NCBI GenBank assembly: GCA_040876885.1
Contig: JBBDOU010000013.1
Coordinates: forward strand, 6,033 to 70,032
Direction of reading: 5' to 3'
Length of the DNA: 64,000 nt
Source of the DNA: Minisyncoccota bacterium
GTDB taxonomy: Bacteria > Patescibacteriota > Minisyncoccia > Phycocordibacterales > JABMNX01
Shown here: positions 47,934 to 58,137 of the stretch, one piece after another
How the letters are laid out: each line of letters opens with the position of its first letter
Position numbering within the stretch: position 1 is the stretch's first letter
Made by a program: the position numbers and the translations under genes
Notes under the pieces: generated by a model
Seen by the model: only the letters and a program-made list of their open reading frames with translations
What the model was told of the DNA's origin: nothing
The model's database searches: none

Positions 47934-50111
47934 ATGAAACTGAGTGACCTGATTGAAACACATTTTCGACTTGTTGAAACACAAAAAAAGGCGCTAAAAC
48001 GACTGCGCCTTGAGACCGTTGAGGACCTGCTCTACCACTTCCCTTCTCGGTATGAAAATATTTCTGATATTAAACATGTATCGAGTCTCAAAAAAGACGA
48101 CACTGCCATTTTGTATGGGAAACTCTCTGCACTTAAGACAAAGAAGTCGTTTAAATCCCGTGTCCCTATTTCAGAAGGTCAGTTCACTGACGACACAGGT
48201 TCGATTAAGATAATCTGGTTTCATCAACCATATATTGCAAAAATGTTTGGGAACGACTCTCTGGTAAAGCTCGCGGGGAAAGTAAGTGGCGATGGAAAGA
48301 GTATCTTTCTCGCAAACCCCGAGATTGAAAAAGTTGATGCTATACCAGGAGATATTCATGAATCACTCTTTACGAAGGGAGAAATAAAAGAAAACCTTCT
48401 CTATCCATTTTATCCAGAAAGCAGAGGTATCACCTCAAAGTGGTTTTTCCATACTGCACTAAAGATATTTGAAAGCGGGCTTATTGAGACACTCGTAGAC
48501 CCCGTACCAGATGAGATTCTTAAAAAATATAATCTTCCAAAACTCTCAAGCGCGCTTGTGTGGATTCATACTCCTAAAAATGAAAAAGACAATATCTCCG
48601 CACGAAAACGATTTGCATTTAACGAAGTATTTTATATCCAACTCCTGAAACAACAAGACCGATATGAAAACAACAGCAGGCATTCACTCAAAGTGACTAT
48701 TGATGAAAAAAAGATAGCAGAATTTATGGCACGGTTCCCGTTTGAACCAACACAAGCGCAGAGAGATGCGATTGATGCGATTGTTTCAGACTTTAAAAAA
48801 GACCGCCCGATGTCACGGCTCCTTGAAGGTGATGTAGGTTCTGGAAAGACCGCGGTTGCAGCGAGCACTATCTACTCAGTCACAACGTCGCGTCCACCAA
48901 ATTCCTCTGGAAAAGGGTTACAAGATTTTGGAGCACTCCAAACAGCATACATGGTACCCACTGAAATACTTGCACAGCAGCATTTCGAATCTTTTATTGA
49001 GATGTTTGCTCATCTCCCGATTAACATCGCGCTGATTACTTCAAGTGGATGCAAGAAATTCCCCTCGAAAGTAAATAAGGCCGAAGCGACAAGTATCTCA
49101 CGACCGCAACTCCTCAAATGGGTTAAGGGTGGTGAAATATCTATTGTTATTGGAACGCACTCGCTCATTCAAAAGACCGTTGAGTTCCAAAATCTTGCGT
49201 ACGTTATTATCGACGAACAGCATCGATTTGGTACACTCCAACGCCAAAAACTCACTCGAAAAGACACCTTTGCTCCTCATCTACTCTCAATGACCGCAAC
49301 CCCAATCCCCCGGACACTGGCGCTCACTATTTACGGCGACTTAGATCTGACTGTACTTGACCAAATGCCTCATGGACGGAAGCCAATTATCACTGATATC
49401 GTACTTCCGACTGACCGTAAGAAAACGTACGAGCATATGCGAGCGGAGCTTGTTGCGGGAAGACAGGCGTACGTCATCTGCCCACGGATTGACGAGCCGG
49501 ATCCCAAGAAAGCACTTGCGCTCAATGCAGTCTCTGTTACGGCTGAAGCAAAACGTCTTAAAAAAGAAGTGTTCCCAGAGTATGAAATTGGAATTCTCCA
49601 CAGTAAATTAAAGCCGTCTGAAAAAGCAACTGTCATGGAAGCATTTGCAGAAGGGACTATCGATATTCTTGTCGCAACCTCAGTGGTTGAGGTTGGGGTA
49701 AACGTGCCAAACGCCACAATGATTATTATTGAAGGCGCAGAGCGTTTTGGACTTGCACAACTCCACCAACTTCGTGGACGTGTCATTCGAAGTAATCATC
49801 AAGCATACTGTTTTATATTCTCAGACAGCAAGAGCACACAGACTTTAGAGCGACTGAAGGCAATCAAGACAGCAAAAAATGGTTTCGAACTTGCTGAGTT
49901 TGACTTAACGCTCCGTGGTTCAGGAGAGCTCTATGGTAAAAAACAATGGGGACTCACCGACCTCGGTATGGAAGCAATTAAAAACGTGAAGATGGTTGAG
50001 GCGGCGCGACACGAAGCAGAAAAACTCATTGCAGAAGATATGGAGCTCAAAGAATTCCCTGAACTCGCACGAACCATTGCGCTTAAAGAAAAGAATCTTC
50101 ACTTTGAATAA
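47934..50111 (+). CDS. recG: ATP-dependent DNA helicase RecG
   Basis: Wedge/OB region, helicase motifs 'GDVGSGKT', 'IIDEQHRFG', 'SATPIPRT', 'HQLRGRVIR'. Start placed at the internal Met (MKLSDLIE). Confidence 0.9.
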   Translation: MKLSDLIETHFRLVETQKKALKRLRLETVEDLLYHFPSRYENISDIKHVSSLKKDDTAILYGKLSALKTKKSFKSRVPISEGQFTDDTGSIKIIWFHQPYIAKMFGNDSLVKLAGKVSGDGKSIFLANPEIEKVDAIPGDIHESLFTKGEIKENLLYPFYPESRGITSKWFFHTALKIFESGLIETLVDPVPDEILKKYNLPKLSSALVWIHTPKNEKDNISARKRFAFNEVFYIQLLKQQDRYENNSRHSLKVTIDEKKIAEFMARFPFEPTQAQRDAIDAIVSDFKKDRPMSRLLEGDVGSGKTAVAASTIYSVTTSRPPNSSGKGLQDFGALQTAYMVPTEILAQQHFESFIEMFAHLPINIALITSSGCKKFPSKVNKAEATSISRPQLLKWVKGGEISIVIGTHSLIQKTVEFQNLAYVIIDEQHRFGTLQRQKLTRKDTFAPHLLSMTATPIPRTLALTIYGDLDLTVLDQMPHGRKPIITDIVLPTDRKKTYEHMRAELVAGRQAYVICPRIDEPDPKKALALNAVSVTAEAKRLKKEVFPEYEIGILHSKLKPSEKATVMEAFAEGTIDILVATSVVEVGVNVPNATMIIIEGAERFGLAQLHQLRGRVIRSNHQAYCFIFSDSKSTQTLERLKAIKTAKNGFELAEFDLTLRGSGELYGKKQWGLTDLGMEAIKNVKMVEAARHEAEKLIAEDMELKEFPELARTIALKEKNLHFE

Positions 50112-50242
50112 GAGTCCTATTTGAGGTATAGTTTTCAACATCCTCACCCGTGACTATGAAATGCAAAAGACCTTGCATTTCATCCGATTCCGAGTGAAAC
50201 GAGGAAATCGTCGTCATTGAATGAAATGAAATAGACGATAGG

Positions 50243-50265
50243 TTGGTTAGAGCACCAAGCTTATA
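50243..50265. repeat. 23-nt internal fragment of tRNA-Ile (D-loop to anticodon) duplicated upstream of the gene
   Basis: ttggttagagcaccaagcttata is identical to tRNA positions 18-40. Confidence 0.6.
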
Positions 50266-50304
50266 ATTTTAAACAGGGACTAACTAATGTATAGTTTCCT
50301 ACAT

Positions 50305-50378
50305 CCACCCTTAGCTCAGTTGGTTAGAGCACCAAGCTTATATCTTGGCGGTCCCAGGTTCGAGTCCTGGAGGGTGGA
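50305..50378 (+). tRNA. tRNA-Ile with anticodon UAU (AUA decoder)
   Basis: Acceptor CCACCCT/AGGGTGG (C1-G72). Anticodon stem CCAAG/CTTGG is perfect and the loop is CTTATAT. T-arm CCAGG-TTCGAGT-CCTGG. Confidence 0.7.
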
Positions 50379-50423
50379 CAATAATAAAAACGGCCAGGTT
50401 TTCCTGGTTGTTTTTGTTATTGT

Positions 50424-50515
50424 GGACAGGACTCGAAAAGGTTGCCAGATATTTTTGAAAAAATATCGACAACCTGTACTGATTCTGTAAGAATCGAGTC
50501 CTGGAGGGTGGACAA
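50424..50515. repeat. ~92-bp hairpin element, copy 1, ending in the 22-nt 3' end of tRNA-Ile
   Basis: CAGGACTCGA...GATATTTTT-GA-AAAAATATC palindrome...TCGAGTCCTGGAGGGTGGACAA. The terminal inverted repeats are CAGGACTCGA/TCGAGTCCTG. Confidence 0.75.
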
Positions 50516-50522
50516 CGTAGAG

Positions 50523-50549
50523 AAAAACAGTGCCTGCGCACTGTTTTTT
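50523..50549. terminator. Bidirectional intrinsic terminator between repeat copies
   Basis: AAAAACAGTGC-CTGC-GCACTGTTTTTT. Confidence 0.6.
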
Positions 50550-50665
50550 AGTTGTCCAAGGCGGAGCCATGTCGCCTTGTAACAGGCGAGCCCAGACCAA
50601 AAGCACTTAGTAGATTTCGAGTGAAGCGAAGAAATATACTGAGTGACTGGTGGTGACAATATCGT

Positions 50666-50757
50666 GGGCAGGACTCGAAAAGGTTGCCAGATATTTTTGA
50701 AAAAATATCGACAACCTGTACTGATTCTGTAAGAATCGAGTCCTGGAGGGTGGACAA
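50666..50757. repeat. ~92-bp hairpin element, copy 2 (near-identical to 50424-50515), again ending in the tRNA-Ile 3' end
   Basis: Same sequence as copy 1 except for the first few bases. 242-bp periodicity. Confidence 0.75.
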
Positions 50758-50837
50758 AGTAACAATACCCTGTTTGACTTTCTTCCTCTATTAATGAAGT
50801 ATGTACGGAGAAACGCAACTGAATAAGGTACGAGAAA

Positions 50838-51200
50838 ATGTGTACGACTAGAACAGACTACAGCCCACGCCCATTTACATGGGAGTGTATTTCAAAGGAA
50901 ATCTTCAGTTGGATTGTTATGTTAATACTCTTTTTGGTCTGTTGGACCCCGTTCTTCCTTGTTTTTGGTGGCATACAGTTCTTCTCCATGCTGAAGCACA
51001 GAAATCCTGAGGACAGAAAAATGTTCCTCAAAGCACTCTGGGGAATTGCGCTCATTGCTACGGTTGTCGCAGGGTTATGCTCACCAGAACTCTACCAGGA
51101 AACCGGACTGAGGCTTGAAATTATAATCAGCGCGAGCATGCTCTATCTCATTTTATCAGTCAAGAATATACTTGAACTGATGGGAATAATAACTTCCTGA
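50838..51200 (+). CDS. Small membrane protein (hypothetical)
   Basis: 120 aa, 3 TM helices, followed by a strong terminator. Confidence 0.5.
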   Translation: MCTTRTDYSPRPFTWECISKEIFSWIVMLILFLVCWTPFFLVFGGIQFFSMLKHRNPEDRKMFLKALWGIALIATVVAGLCSPELYQETGLRLEIIISASMLYLILSVKNILELMGIITS

Positions 51201-51211
51201 ACCAAGTACCT

Positions 51212-51240
51212 CCCCCGACGCACCTGCGTCGGGGTTTTTG
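51212..51240 (+). terminator. Rho-independent terminator
   Basis: CCCCCGACG-CACCTG-CGTCGGGGG followed by TTTTTG. Confidence 0.75.
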
Positions 51241-51312
51241 TATCTCCCCTTCCACTATGCTACAGTAACTGCAGAAAAATTGAACACACGCAAAAGTCCA
51301 AGGAGGACACCC

Positions 51313-51711
51313 ATGTTCAGGCTATTTTTAGCTATCAGTTTTCTTTTGGGATTACTTATTCACGTAGCAGTGGGAGATATTTCAGAGATAATTATCAAGG
51401 ATTTTTCCAAAGCCGTTAGTCTTGCCATTGCTGCTGTCAGTGGAATATTCTCTCTTTTTTGTCTTTCCATTGCTATAAAAGTATGGCGTACACCCCCTGA
51501 GATATGGGAAAGAAATCGCCGAGCAGCACTTCTCTGTAAGGAAGTTAAGCAAGGTAAAGGATTAACACCTGATAAAAAAATCCGCTACAATAATTTTCTC
51601 AGAGATGGTGTAATTGATGAAGAGAGTTTTGTTGTTAACACAAAAACAGGGCAGTTGGTAAGGCAACCTAGACTTTCAGAAAGTGCTGTGGATGATGTTC
51701 TACACTCCTGA
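51313..51711 (+). CDS. Small membrane protein (hypothetical)
   Basis: Start at the internal ATG (MFRLFLAISFLLGLL). Two TM helices then a soluble C-terminal tail. Followed by a terminator. Confidence 0.5.
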   Translation: MFRLFLAISFLLGLLIHVAVGDISEIIIKDFSKAVSLAIAAVSGIFSLFCLSIAIKVWRTPPEIWERNRRAALLCKEVKQGKGLTPDKKIRYNNFLRDGVIDEESFVVNTKTGQLVRQPRLSESAVDDVLHS

Positions 51712-51721
51712 ACCCAAAAAG

Positions 51722-51750
51722 CAAAACCCCCGTCACTGACGGGGGTTTTA
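51722..51750. terminator. Bidirectional rho-independent terminator (also serves convergent ftsH)
   Basis: AAAACCCCCGTC-ACTG-GACGGGGGTTTT. Confidence 0.75.
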
Positions 51751-51771
51751 AACTGTCTATCTTATTTATAC

Positions 51772-53847
51772 TTAAACACTGTGCTCAATATCCTGTTTCT
51801 TTTTCACTGGGATATTGTTTGCGATAAGCATCTGCTCAAACTCTTCTCGCTCGATAGTCTCAACCTCAACAAGTTTTCCGGCTATTGCATCAAGGACATG
51901 TCGATAGTCAGTAAGAATCTTCTCGGCCTTTTGATATGCCTCATCAATGATTCGATGTACTTCTGCGTCAATCTCTGAAGAAATTTTCTCAGAGTATTCT
52001 TTTCCATCAATCCCTGAACCAAAGAGTGCTCTCCCTTCAGCTCCTTCAAGCGCAACAGGACCCATCTTGTCGGACATTCCATACTTCGTTACCATATTTC
52101 GCGCAAGTGCGGTCAGTACCTGTAAGTCGTTCGATGGACCAGTGGTCACATCTTCAAACACCATTTTCTCGGCGATGTATCCACCAAGCGACATCGCAAT
52201 ATCATCAAGAAACTCTCTCTTTGACTGCATCTTCTTGTCTTCAAATGGCAAACTCAGTGTATATCCTGCAGCGCGCCCACGTGAAATAATTGATATTTTA
52301 TGAACAGGGTCAGCATATGGAAGCAGGCTTGCGACAAGTGCATGTCCAGCCTCGTGATACGCAGTAATTTCTTTTTCTTTTTTGTTAAGGATGTGGCTCT
52401 TTCGTTCAGGACCAAGCATTACTTTTTCAATTGCTCGAATAAGGTCATACTGGGTTACCTTCTTTCGGTCTTCTCGGGCGGCAAGAATCGCTCCTTCGTT
52501 CATAAGTGAATAGAGGTCGGCTCCTGAGAACCCTGGAGTTCGCTCTGCAATAACCCGCAAATCAATATCCTCATGAAGTGGTTTCTTGCGCGCGTGGATT
52601 TTAAGAATTTCCTCTCGGTCTCCTCGGTCAGGAAGGTCAATCGTTACGCGTCTATCGAATCGCCCGGGACGCAAGAGTGCGGGATCAAGGACGTCAGGGC
52701 GGTTTGTCGCTGCCATGACGATAACTTTTTCAGTCGGCTCAAAACCATCCATTTCAACGAGTATTTGGTTGAGTGTTTGTTCTCGTTCATCGTTTCCTCC
52801 TCCTACTCCAGTACCACGCACACGCCCCACCGCATCTATTTCATCAACGAATATAATTGCTGGTGATGATTTCTTTGCAAGGTTAAAGAGGTCACGCACA
52901 CGGGACGCCCCTACTCCAACAAACATTTCTACGAATTCAGAACCTGAGATTGAGAAAAATGGTACGCCCGCCTCCCCCGCAACTGCTCGTGCAAGGAGTG
53001 TTTTCCCGGTGCCAGGTGCGCCCATGAGCATGATTCCTTTTGGAATCTGTGCGCCAATACTTAAGAATTTTTTAGGATTCCTTAAGAAATCAACAATCTC
53101 AACGAGTTCTTCTTTTGCTTCTTTTGCTCCCGCAACATCTTTAAAGGTTATTTTTTGACTTTGGTCATTGGGGTCGGTGAGACGAGCTTTTGATTGTCCA
53201 AATGAAAATGCTTGCATACCCGCTCCTTTAACTTGTCGAGAAAGAAACCAGATTATAAAAATAATGAGTAGAATTGGAATTAAGAACGGTGCAAGTGTCA
53301 AAAGCCAAAACCGGAGTCCGCTTGGATTTTTAATATCAATACTGACCATACTTAACTGCTCACGAGTAACACCATAGTTTACCAAGGTGTCAGTAAGCGC
53401 AGTTCCTGCTTCTTTCTTTGATTTTTTAACCACAGCTTCTTCAGGAGGAGTTACCGATGACTCTTGCTCAACGGCTACTTCAGTAGGTTCTTCTCCTTCA
53501 ACTTCTGGAGTCGGCATACCATAGGTGATTTCAAGAATCTCGCCACTGACAACAATAGAAGCGACTTCTCCCTCAGTGATGTCTTGTGCAAGTTGTGAAA
53601 TAGGTATTTCCTCAGGCTTATTTGTGCCCGTTACAATAAAAGAGTATGCGGACACGAGTAAGAAGAATATGAGGAGTGTGCTTAAGAGATTTGTCCAAAA
53701 ATTCTGACCTTCTGGTTTCTTTGGTCCTCCCAACAAAGACCCATTCTTACCTGCCAACTTCTTTCCTAACGTGCTTCTGAAAGAAGTTTTTTTAGAGTCC
53801 TTTTTCTTCTTCATATGTTTGTTATTTTTATTACCAGATAAAGCCAT
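51772..53847 (-). CDS. ftsH: ATP-dependent zinc metalloprotease FtsH
   Basis: AAA+ '[23 protein letters not shown]', second region of homology, Zn-binding 'HEAGHA'. Two N-terminal TM helices. Confidence 0.95.
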   Translation of the reverse strand: MALSGNKNNKHMKKKKDSKKTSFRSTLGKKLAGKNGSLLGGPKKPEGQNFWTNLLSTLLIFFLLVSAYSFIVTGTNKPEEIPISQLAQDITEGEVASIVVSGEILEITYGMPTPEVEGEEPTEVAVEQESSVTPPEEAVVKKSKKEAGTALTDTLVNYGVTREQLSMVSIDIKNPSGLRFWLLTLAPFLIPILLIIFIIWFLSRQVKGAGMQAFSFGQSKARLTDPNDQSQKITFKDVAGAKEAKEELVEIVDFLRNPKKFLSIGAQIPKGIMLMGAPGTGKTLLARAVAGEAGVPFFSISGSEFVEMFVGVGASRVRDLFNLAKKSSPAIIFVDEIDAVGRVRGTGVGGGNDEREQTLNQILVEMDGFEPTEKVIVMAATNRPDVLDPALLRPGRFDRRVTIDLPDRGDREEILKIHARKKPLHEDIDLRVIAERTPGFSGADLYSLMNEGAILAAREDRKKVTQYDLIRAIEKVMLGPERKSHILNKKEKEITAYHEAGHALVASLLPYADPVHKISIISRGRAAGYTLSLPFEDKKMQSKREFLDDIAMSLGGYIAEKMVFEDVTTGPSNDLQVLTALARNMVTKYGMSDKMGPVALEGAEGRALFGSGIDGKEYSEKISSEIDAEVHRIIDEAYQKAEKILTDYRHVLDAIAGKLVEVETIEREEFEQMLIANNIPVKKKQDIEHSV

Positions 53848-53923
53848 AATGTTGAGTCATTATACACGAAAAAGGCTCAAACTAAAGTGTTGCTATGCTA
53901 TAGTTTGTTGATATAGTTGTCGC

Positions 53924-54373
53924 ATGAGCGCATTAATACATAACAAAAAAGTGTCCTTTAACTTCGAGCTCCTTGAGATATTTGAGGCAGGGCTTGAACT
54001 CCTAGGACCTGAGGTTAAATCAATCCGTAAGAAACAGGGCTCTCTTGAGGGTGCGCATGTGGTTGTTCGTGGTGGAGAGGCATTCCTCGTGGGTGCAACG
54101 ATTCCACCCTACCAACCATCAAATACCCCTAAAGGATACGACCCTGAACGGACCAGAAAGCTCTTATTGAACAAGAAAGAAATTGGCGAACTGGCGGGGG
54201 CTGAGTCTCAGAAAGGATTGACAATAGTGCCTATTTCAATGTATAATAAAGGCCGAAATTTGAAGCTTCAAGTCGCAATCGCTCGAGGTAAGAAAAAGAC
54301 TGATAAACGTCAGACTATCAAGGCGCGTGATAATAAAAAAGATATTGAGCGACAAATGAAACAGCGGATATAA
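53924..54373 (+). CDS. smpB: SsrA-binding protein SmpB
   Basis: 149 aa. 'NKKVSFNFELLEIFEAGLELLGPEVKSIR...GAHVVV...LLLNKKEI' matches the SmpB pattern, with a basic C-terminal tail. Confidence 0.9.
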   Translation: MSALIHNKKVSFNFELLEIFEAGLELLGPEVKSIRKKQGSLEGAHVVVRGGEAFLVGATIPPYQPSNTPKGYDPERTRKLLLNKKEIGELAGAESQKGLTIVPISMYNKGRNLKLQVAIARGKKKTDKRQTIKARDNKKDIERQMKQRI

Positions 54374-54460
54374 GGAGTACGTTAACAATTTAAAAGAATA
54401 CTATATATGTTCTTCCCCGCTTCTACTTTGAACCATCAAAGTGTAGACGGGGGATGATCG

Positions 54461-54849
54461 GCTTCGACAGTGTAGCTCGCATATGTATGTGCAAGGTAGA
54501 AGACCAGAACTTCTTAAAAAGCTGGAACACCGTAGATGCAAAAAAATCTGCACTCGGAATGCTTTCACCTTTTCAGATGAAAGACTTCCAGTTCGCTTAC
54601 GCTCAGGCCTAAGCGACCATCAACAAATCAGACGCCCGATACGATTTGCCTGATGTCATCCATATCGGACTAGGACGTACAACTGCTTCGCCGTACACCC
54701 GAAACTAAGAAACTCGATGATGTATGATTTTGTTTATTTTAAACATGCATCATTTAAATCTGTCCTCGTGACAGAAAAAATAAACTATGCCTTTGTAGAT
54801 CCATTCATACGCCCTTCATTGAACGCGGGTTCGATTCCCGCCATCTCCA
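54461..54849 (+). ncRNA. ssrA: tmRNA (ssrA), standard one-piece
   Basis: 5' GGGGATGATCGGCTTCGAC... pairs with 3' ...GCGGGTTCGATTCCCGC-CATCTCC-A, a tRNA-Ala-like acceptor with G3-U70 and T-arm. Internal ORF GCA AAA ... GCT TAC GCT CAG GCC TAA is a tag-peptide candidate (...FAYAQA*). smpB is immediately upstream. Confidence 0.85.
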
Positions 54850-56409
54850 CATGTCGTTACCACGAGCCCTTTCAGCGATGAGCTGGAAGGGTTTTGTGTA
54901 TGTACAGCTTAGTTTTTCGTCCTTCAGGGTCAGGTTCGAAAATAGAAATTGCAGGATCTTGTGTTTATCCTCGGGTTTCTTCCTGTTGATGAAGATTTGC
55001 TTCGCATTTGCTGCGATTTCAAGCATTTTTGCCCCGAGTTCGAAATAATTCGTGTTGGCGTTCTTGTGGCGCTCCAATGTGTTCAGAATCCGCTGCTGCT
55101 CCGCTTCGCAGTCCTTGTCCAGCCGTTCCCAGCGGTCCAACGGTATCTTCTGGTCCAGCTTGTCGATGTAGAGGTTGTCCCGTCTGCGCTGAAGCGTATC
55201 GTACTTCTGCTCGAGATCTTTGATGGCATTGTTGTGGTACTCCATTTCAGCCACATGGCTCTCCTTGAGGGCCGCGGTTATCTCATCGAGCACCTTGCTT
55301 CCTTTCAGCACTTCGAACACGTCGAGGAACTGCAGGACCGCTTTTTCCATTTCCTTCTCGGGTATCCATCTGTGTTTCTTTCGTTCGCAGTTTCCGTAGT
55401 GCGTGTGGTGGTAGTAAACGATGCCCTTTTGGATTTCCGCGGTTATCCTGAACCCACATACGCCGCACACGAGCCACGGGCCACGGTAAGCGAAGATGTG
55501 TTTGTTGTACTTTCCGCTTTGTTTCTTCGTGCGTTTCTCCTGTGCGCGGTCCCACACTTCTCGAGATACGAGTGGTTCGTGATTCGCATTCCTGTATAGT
55601 TTCCCTTTGTAGAGAAAGTCTCCGCAGAAAAACGGATCCGCCAACAAACCGAAGATGGCGTTCTTGGTGACTTTCTTGCCGCGCCGCGTCCATCCTTCTT
55701 CGTACAGAATGTCCCTGCATTTTTCTGCCGAGTTCGTCGTGTTCACATAAAGATCAAAAAGTTTTTTGATGTACGGTGCTTCCGATTTTTCCGACTTGTC
55801 GATTATCCAGATGGCCCTCCTGCTTCCGTCCGGCCGTATCGCTTGGTACCCGGCTTTGTGCGTTCCCGGGTACCACCCCTGTTCTCCTTTTTCCATGAGC
55901 CCTTCCCGAATGTTTTCGGAAAGGTCCGAGCTGTACTTTTTGGCGAGTACGACGTGGATGTCCCATCGGAACTTAATGTCCGACTTCGCATTTTTGTGGA
56001 CCACCATGCGTTCACGCATGAAATGGACCTGCCGTTCCTCGTTTTCCTCCAGCCATTCGTTAATCAGGACGTAATCATTAAAGTTCCTAGTAATTCTATC
56101 AACGCGCTCGCAGATCAGGATTTTTACGTCGTGCTTTCGGAGGTAATCCATCATGTCCTTGAAGAAGGTACGTTCCTTTTTCCCGGCCGCGCTTTCGGGG
56201 ACCTCGAATGACTTCGCCAGATCTGCTCCGACTTCGCGTGCATAGTCTTTTCCCATTCGCGCCTGCTTGTCCACCGTAAAACCTTCCTCGAATTGTTCGC
56301 GCGAGGAAACGCGGCACCAGACGACCGCTTTCGGCGGTTTCGTTGCGTTCGTGTTCAGTTTTTGGATTTTGTTTTTCATCTTACTCATCATTATCGCGGA
56401 CACGCTCAC
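54805..56409 (-). CDS. Large serine recombinase (integrase)
   Basis: N-terminal resolvase domain 'AVVWCRVSSREQ' with catalytic Ser. Recombinase domain. Zn-ribbon 'CGVCGFR...HYGNC'. C-terminal coiled coil. 534 aa. Confidence 0.88.
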   Translation of the reverse strand: MSVSAIMMSKMKNKIQKLNTNATKPPKAVVWCRVSSREQFEEGFTVDKQARMGKDYAREVGADLAKSFEVPESAAGKKERTFFKDMMDYLRKHDVKILICERVDRITRNFNDYVLINEWLEENEERQVHFMRERMVVHKNAKSDIKFRWDIHVVLAKKYSSDLSENIREGLMEKGEQGWYPGTHKAGYQAIRPDGSRRAIWIIDKSEKSEAPYIKKLFDLYVNTTNSAEKCRDILYEEGWTRRGKKVTKNAIFGLLADPFFCGDFLYKGKLYRNANHEPLVSREVWDRAQEKRTKKQSGKYNKHIFAYRGPWLVCGVCGFRITAEIQKGIVYYHHTHYGNCERKKHRWIPEKEMEKAVLQFLDVFEVLKGSKVLDEITAALKESHVAEMEYHNNAIKDLEQKYDTLQRRRDNLYIDKLDQKIPLDRWERLDKDCEAEQQRILNTLERHKNANTNYFELGAKMLEIAANAKQIFINRKKPEDKHKILQFLFSNLTLKDEKLSCTYTKPFQLIAERARGNDMWRWRESNPRSMKGV

Positions 56410-56995
56410 GATTGCCAGTGTTTTTGGTTTCCGTCTCGGCTTCCGCTTCTTCTTTTCGTTTGCGCTCGTTTTCCCGCCGATAATAGCGCACCTCGTTGTG
56501 CAGAAGTTTCAAAGACCCGTAGTACTCTTTTTGTTTCTCAATCGGTAATTCGTTGATTAAGCTACGGATATCGTCTTCCGTTACCTCGACCTCAGGGCCT
56601 CGATCCTGTACGACATGCGTCTTGTTGAAACCTTCGAAGTACGCCATCCACAGCTCGATAGCTTGAGGGTTCCCTTTCATGCAGGCGAGCTTCCACCCGT
56701 CAAAGACATGCGACGTCATGTCGTTGCCCCAGCTGCGCCTATACTTCAATACGGTTTCATCGAATCCCTCGGCGCGCTTCCACCGTGTGAGCGTGTTGAC
56801 GTGTACGCCGTACCGTTCGGCGAACTCGGCCATCGTGCTTGCGCCCATTCTCGCCCTTTCGCTTGAGGGAAGGGCGAACCACAGGACGAAATCCTCGTAG
56901 GCCTTTTCCTTATACGGCTCAAAATCACCATTTTTCACCGTGTTGTTTTTGTCTTTTCCTTCCATAAGTCCTTGTTTTAAGGCGTTTTCCCGCAC
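56381..56995 (-). CDS. HTH-domain protein overlapping the recombinase start (possible recombination directionality factor / terminase-small-subunit-like)
   Basis: 204 aa. 'STMAEFAERYGVHVNTLTRWKR' helix-turn-helix. Acidic/basic C-terminal tail. 29-nt overlap with the recombinase gene. Confidence 0.5.
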   Translation of the reverse strand: MRENALKQGLMEGKDKNNTVKNGDFEPYKEKAYEDFVLWFALPSSERARMGASTMAEFAERYGVHVNTLTRWKRAEGFDETVLKYRRSWGNDMTSHVFDGWKLACMKGNPQAIELWMAYFEGFNKTHVVQDRGPEVEVTEDDIRSLINELPIEKQKEYYGSLKLLHNEVRYYRRENERKRKEEAEAETETKNTGNRERVRDNDE

Positions 56996-57057
56996 CGAGG
57001 CGCGGCAGGCGGAATGGTGACGTCTCCATTTTGTTTGTGTAGCGCCACCGCTCGCAT

Positions 57058-57288
57058 TTACGCCTTTTTCACTTTCTTACCCCGCTCTTTTTTCGCCTTC
57101 AGTCCTTGCTTAATATCCCGGTCTATTGTCCGAAAGTAGTATCGCTTCATGGCCGACATCATTTCCAGTTGGAAACATGCCGACGGCCCAATCTTGCTTT
57201 TGCACTGATCGCAAAGATTTTCATAAACTTCCAAGGTAATCGGCACGTTGGCCGTTGCTTGGTCCATTTCTTTTTTTGTTTTTTCCAT
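57058..57288 (-). CDS. Small CxxC protein, paralog A
   Basis: 76 aa. 'EVYENLCDQCK' motif shared with the downstream neighbour. Lys-rich C-terminus. Confidence 0.45.
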   Translation of the reverse strand: MEKTKKEMDQATANVPITLEVYENLCDQCKSKIGPSACFQLEMMSAMKRYYFRTIDRDIKQGLKAKKERGKKVKKA

Positions 57289-57302
57289 GGTTTTATAGTT
57301 GG

Positions 57303-57491
57303 TTAAAACTCGTCTTTTAATACTTCTTTCTTAATAATTCCGTAACTTGTAATAAGGCTTTCCTCATCTTCTTGAACTCTGCGATCCAACGAACGGCGAC
57401 AACCGTCGCACAACCCCTCATAGAGATCGAAAATCAACCCAATAAAGCCTTCGTCTGCGTGTTCTATTTTTCGGTTTTTTGTTTGCTTCAT
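57303..57491 (-). CDS. Small CxxC protein, paralog B
   Basis: 62 aa. 'DLYEGLCDGCRRS' motif. Confidence 0.45.
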   Translation of the reverse strand: MKQTKNRKIEHADEGFIGLIFDLYEGLCDGCRRSLDRRVQEDEESLITSYGIIKKEVLKDEF

Positions 57492-57858
57492 GTTTTTTGT
57501 TGGTTATGACGCAAAACATTTGTGAATTATGCGTCTTTGTTGGTAATTTAATTGTCTCTGCGAACAAAGACCCCACTTTACATCCCTCAGATGCTTCCAC
57601 GGCCCGTTATGTGTCAAAAGAAGATGGTCCGATACAATCAGTCTTTAGTCCCCCTAGGCCAAAGAATTGTTGTCTGACTATCGGCACATCCAGTCGGTTG
57701 AACGGGAATGAGGTCGTCCGTTGTCAGTGGGCGACAGAGCGGACGCTGTTTACTTCAGTCGGGCGACTTGCATCCCCGTTCAACTTTTAAGCCCTAGTTT
57801 TTCTGGAGAAGCGCTTATTGCTCCATTCTTTTGATTTGTAATACGTTTGCGCTGTCCT

Positions 57859-58137
57859 TTATGCGTTCGTTTCTTCGGCGCGGTTGATGTGTTCAAGTCG
57901 TCTGATCACTTCTTTCTCCACTTCGTCTCCAACTTCTTTGCTGATCGGGTGGAAGATTTCTATGTTGCGTTCTCCGATCTTTTTCGTCGGGTACACTAAC
58001 CGGTAGCCACCGCCGGGTCGCGTATAAACGGCAACATTCCCCGCGTACCATTTGCTATCCAATACAAACGAAGCGAACGCCACGAGCCCGTTATGCGGTT
58101 TGATCGGAACCAGCTGTATCTCCTCGACTGTCGTCAT
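57859..58137 (-). CDS. SpoVG-family protein
   Basis: 92 aa. 'EIQLVPIKPHNGLVAFASFVLDSKWYAGNVAVYTRPGGGYRLVYPTKKIGERNIEIFHPISKEV' follows the SpoVG pattern (MKA-ASIT/FVVHD-RV/GLFVAMPS/HPI). Confidence 0.6.
   Translation of the reverse strand: MTTVEEIQLVPIKPHNGLVAFASFVLDSKWYAGNVAVYTRPGGGYRLVYPTKKIGERNIEIFHPISKEVGDEVEKEVIRRLEHINRAEETNA

Noticed and set aside
50420-50760. Possible CRISPR array (regularly spaced repeats)
   Set aside because: Only two copies of a 92-bp unit at 242-bp spacing. The units contain the tRNA-Ile 3' end and internal palindromes. There are no short uniform repeats or spacers and no cas genes, so this is not CRISPR.
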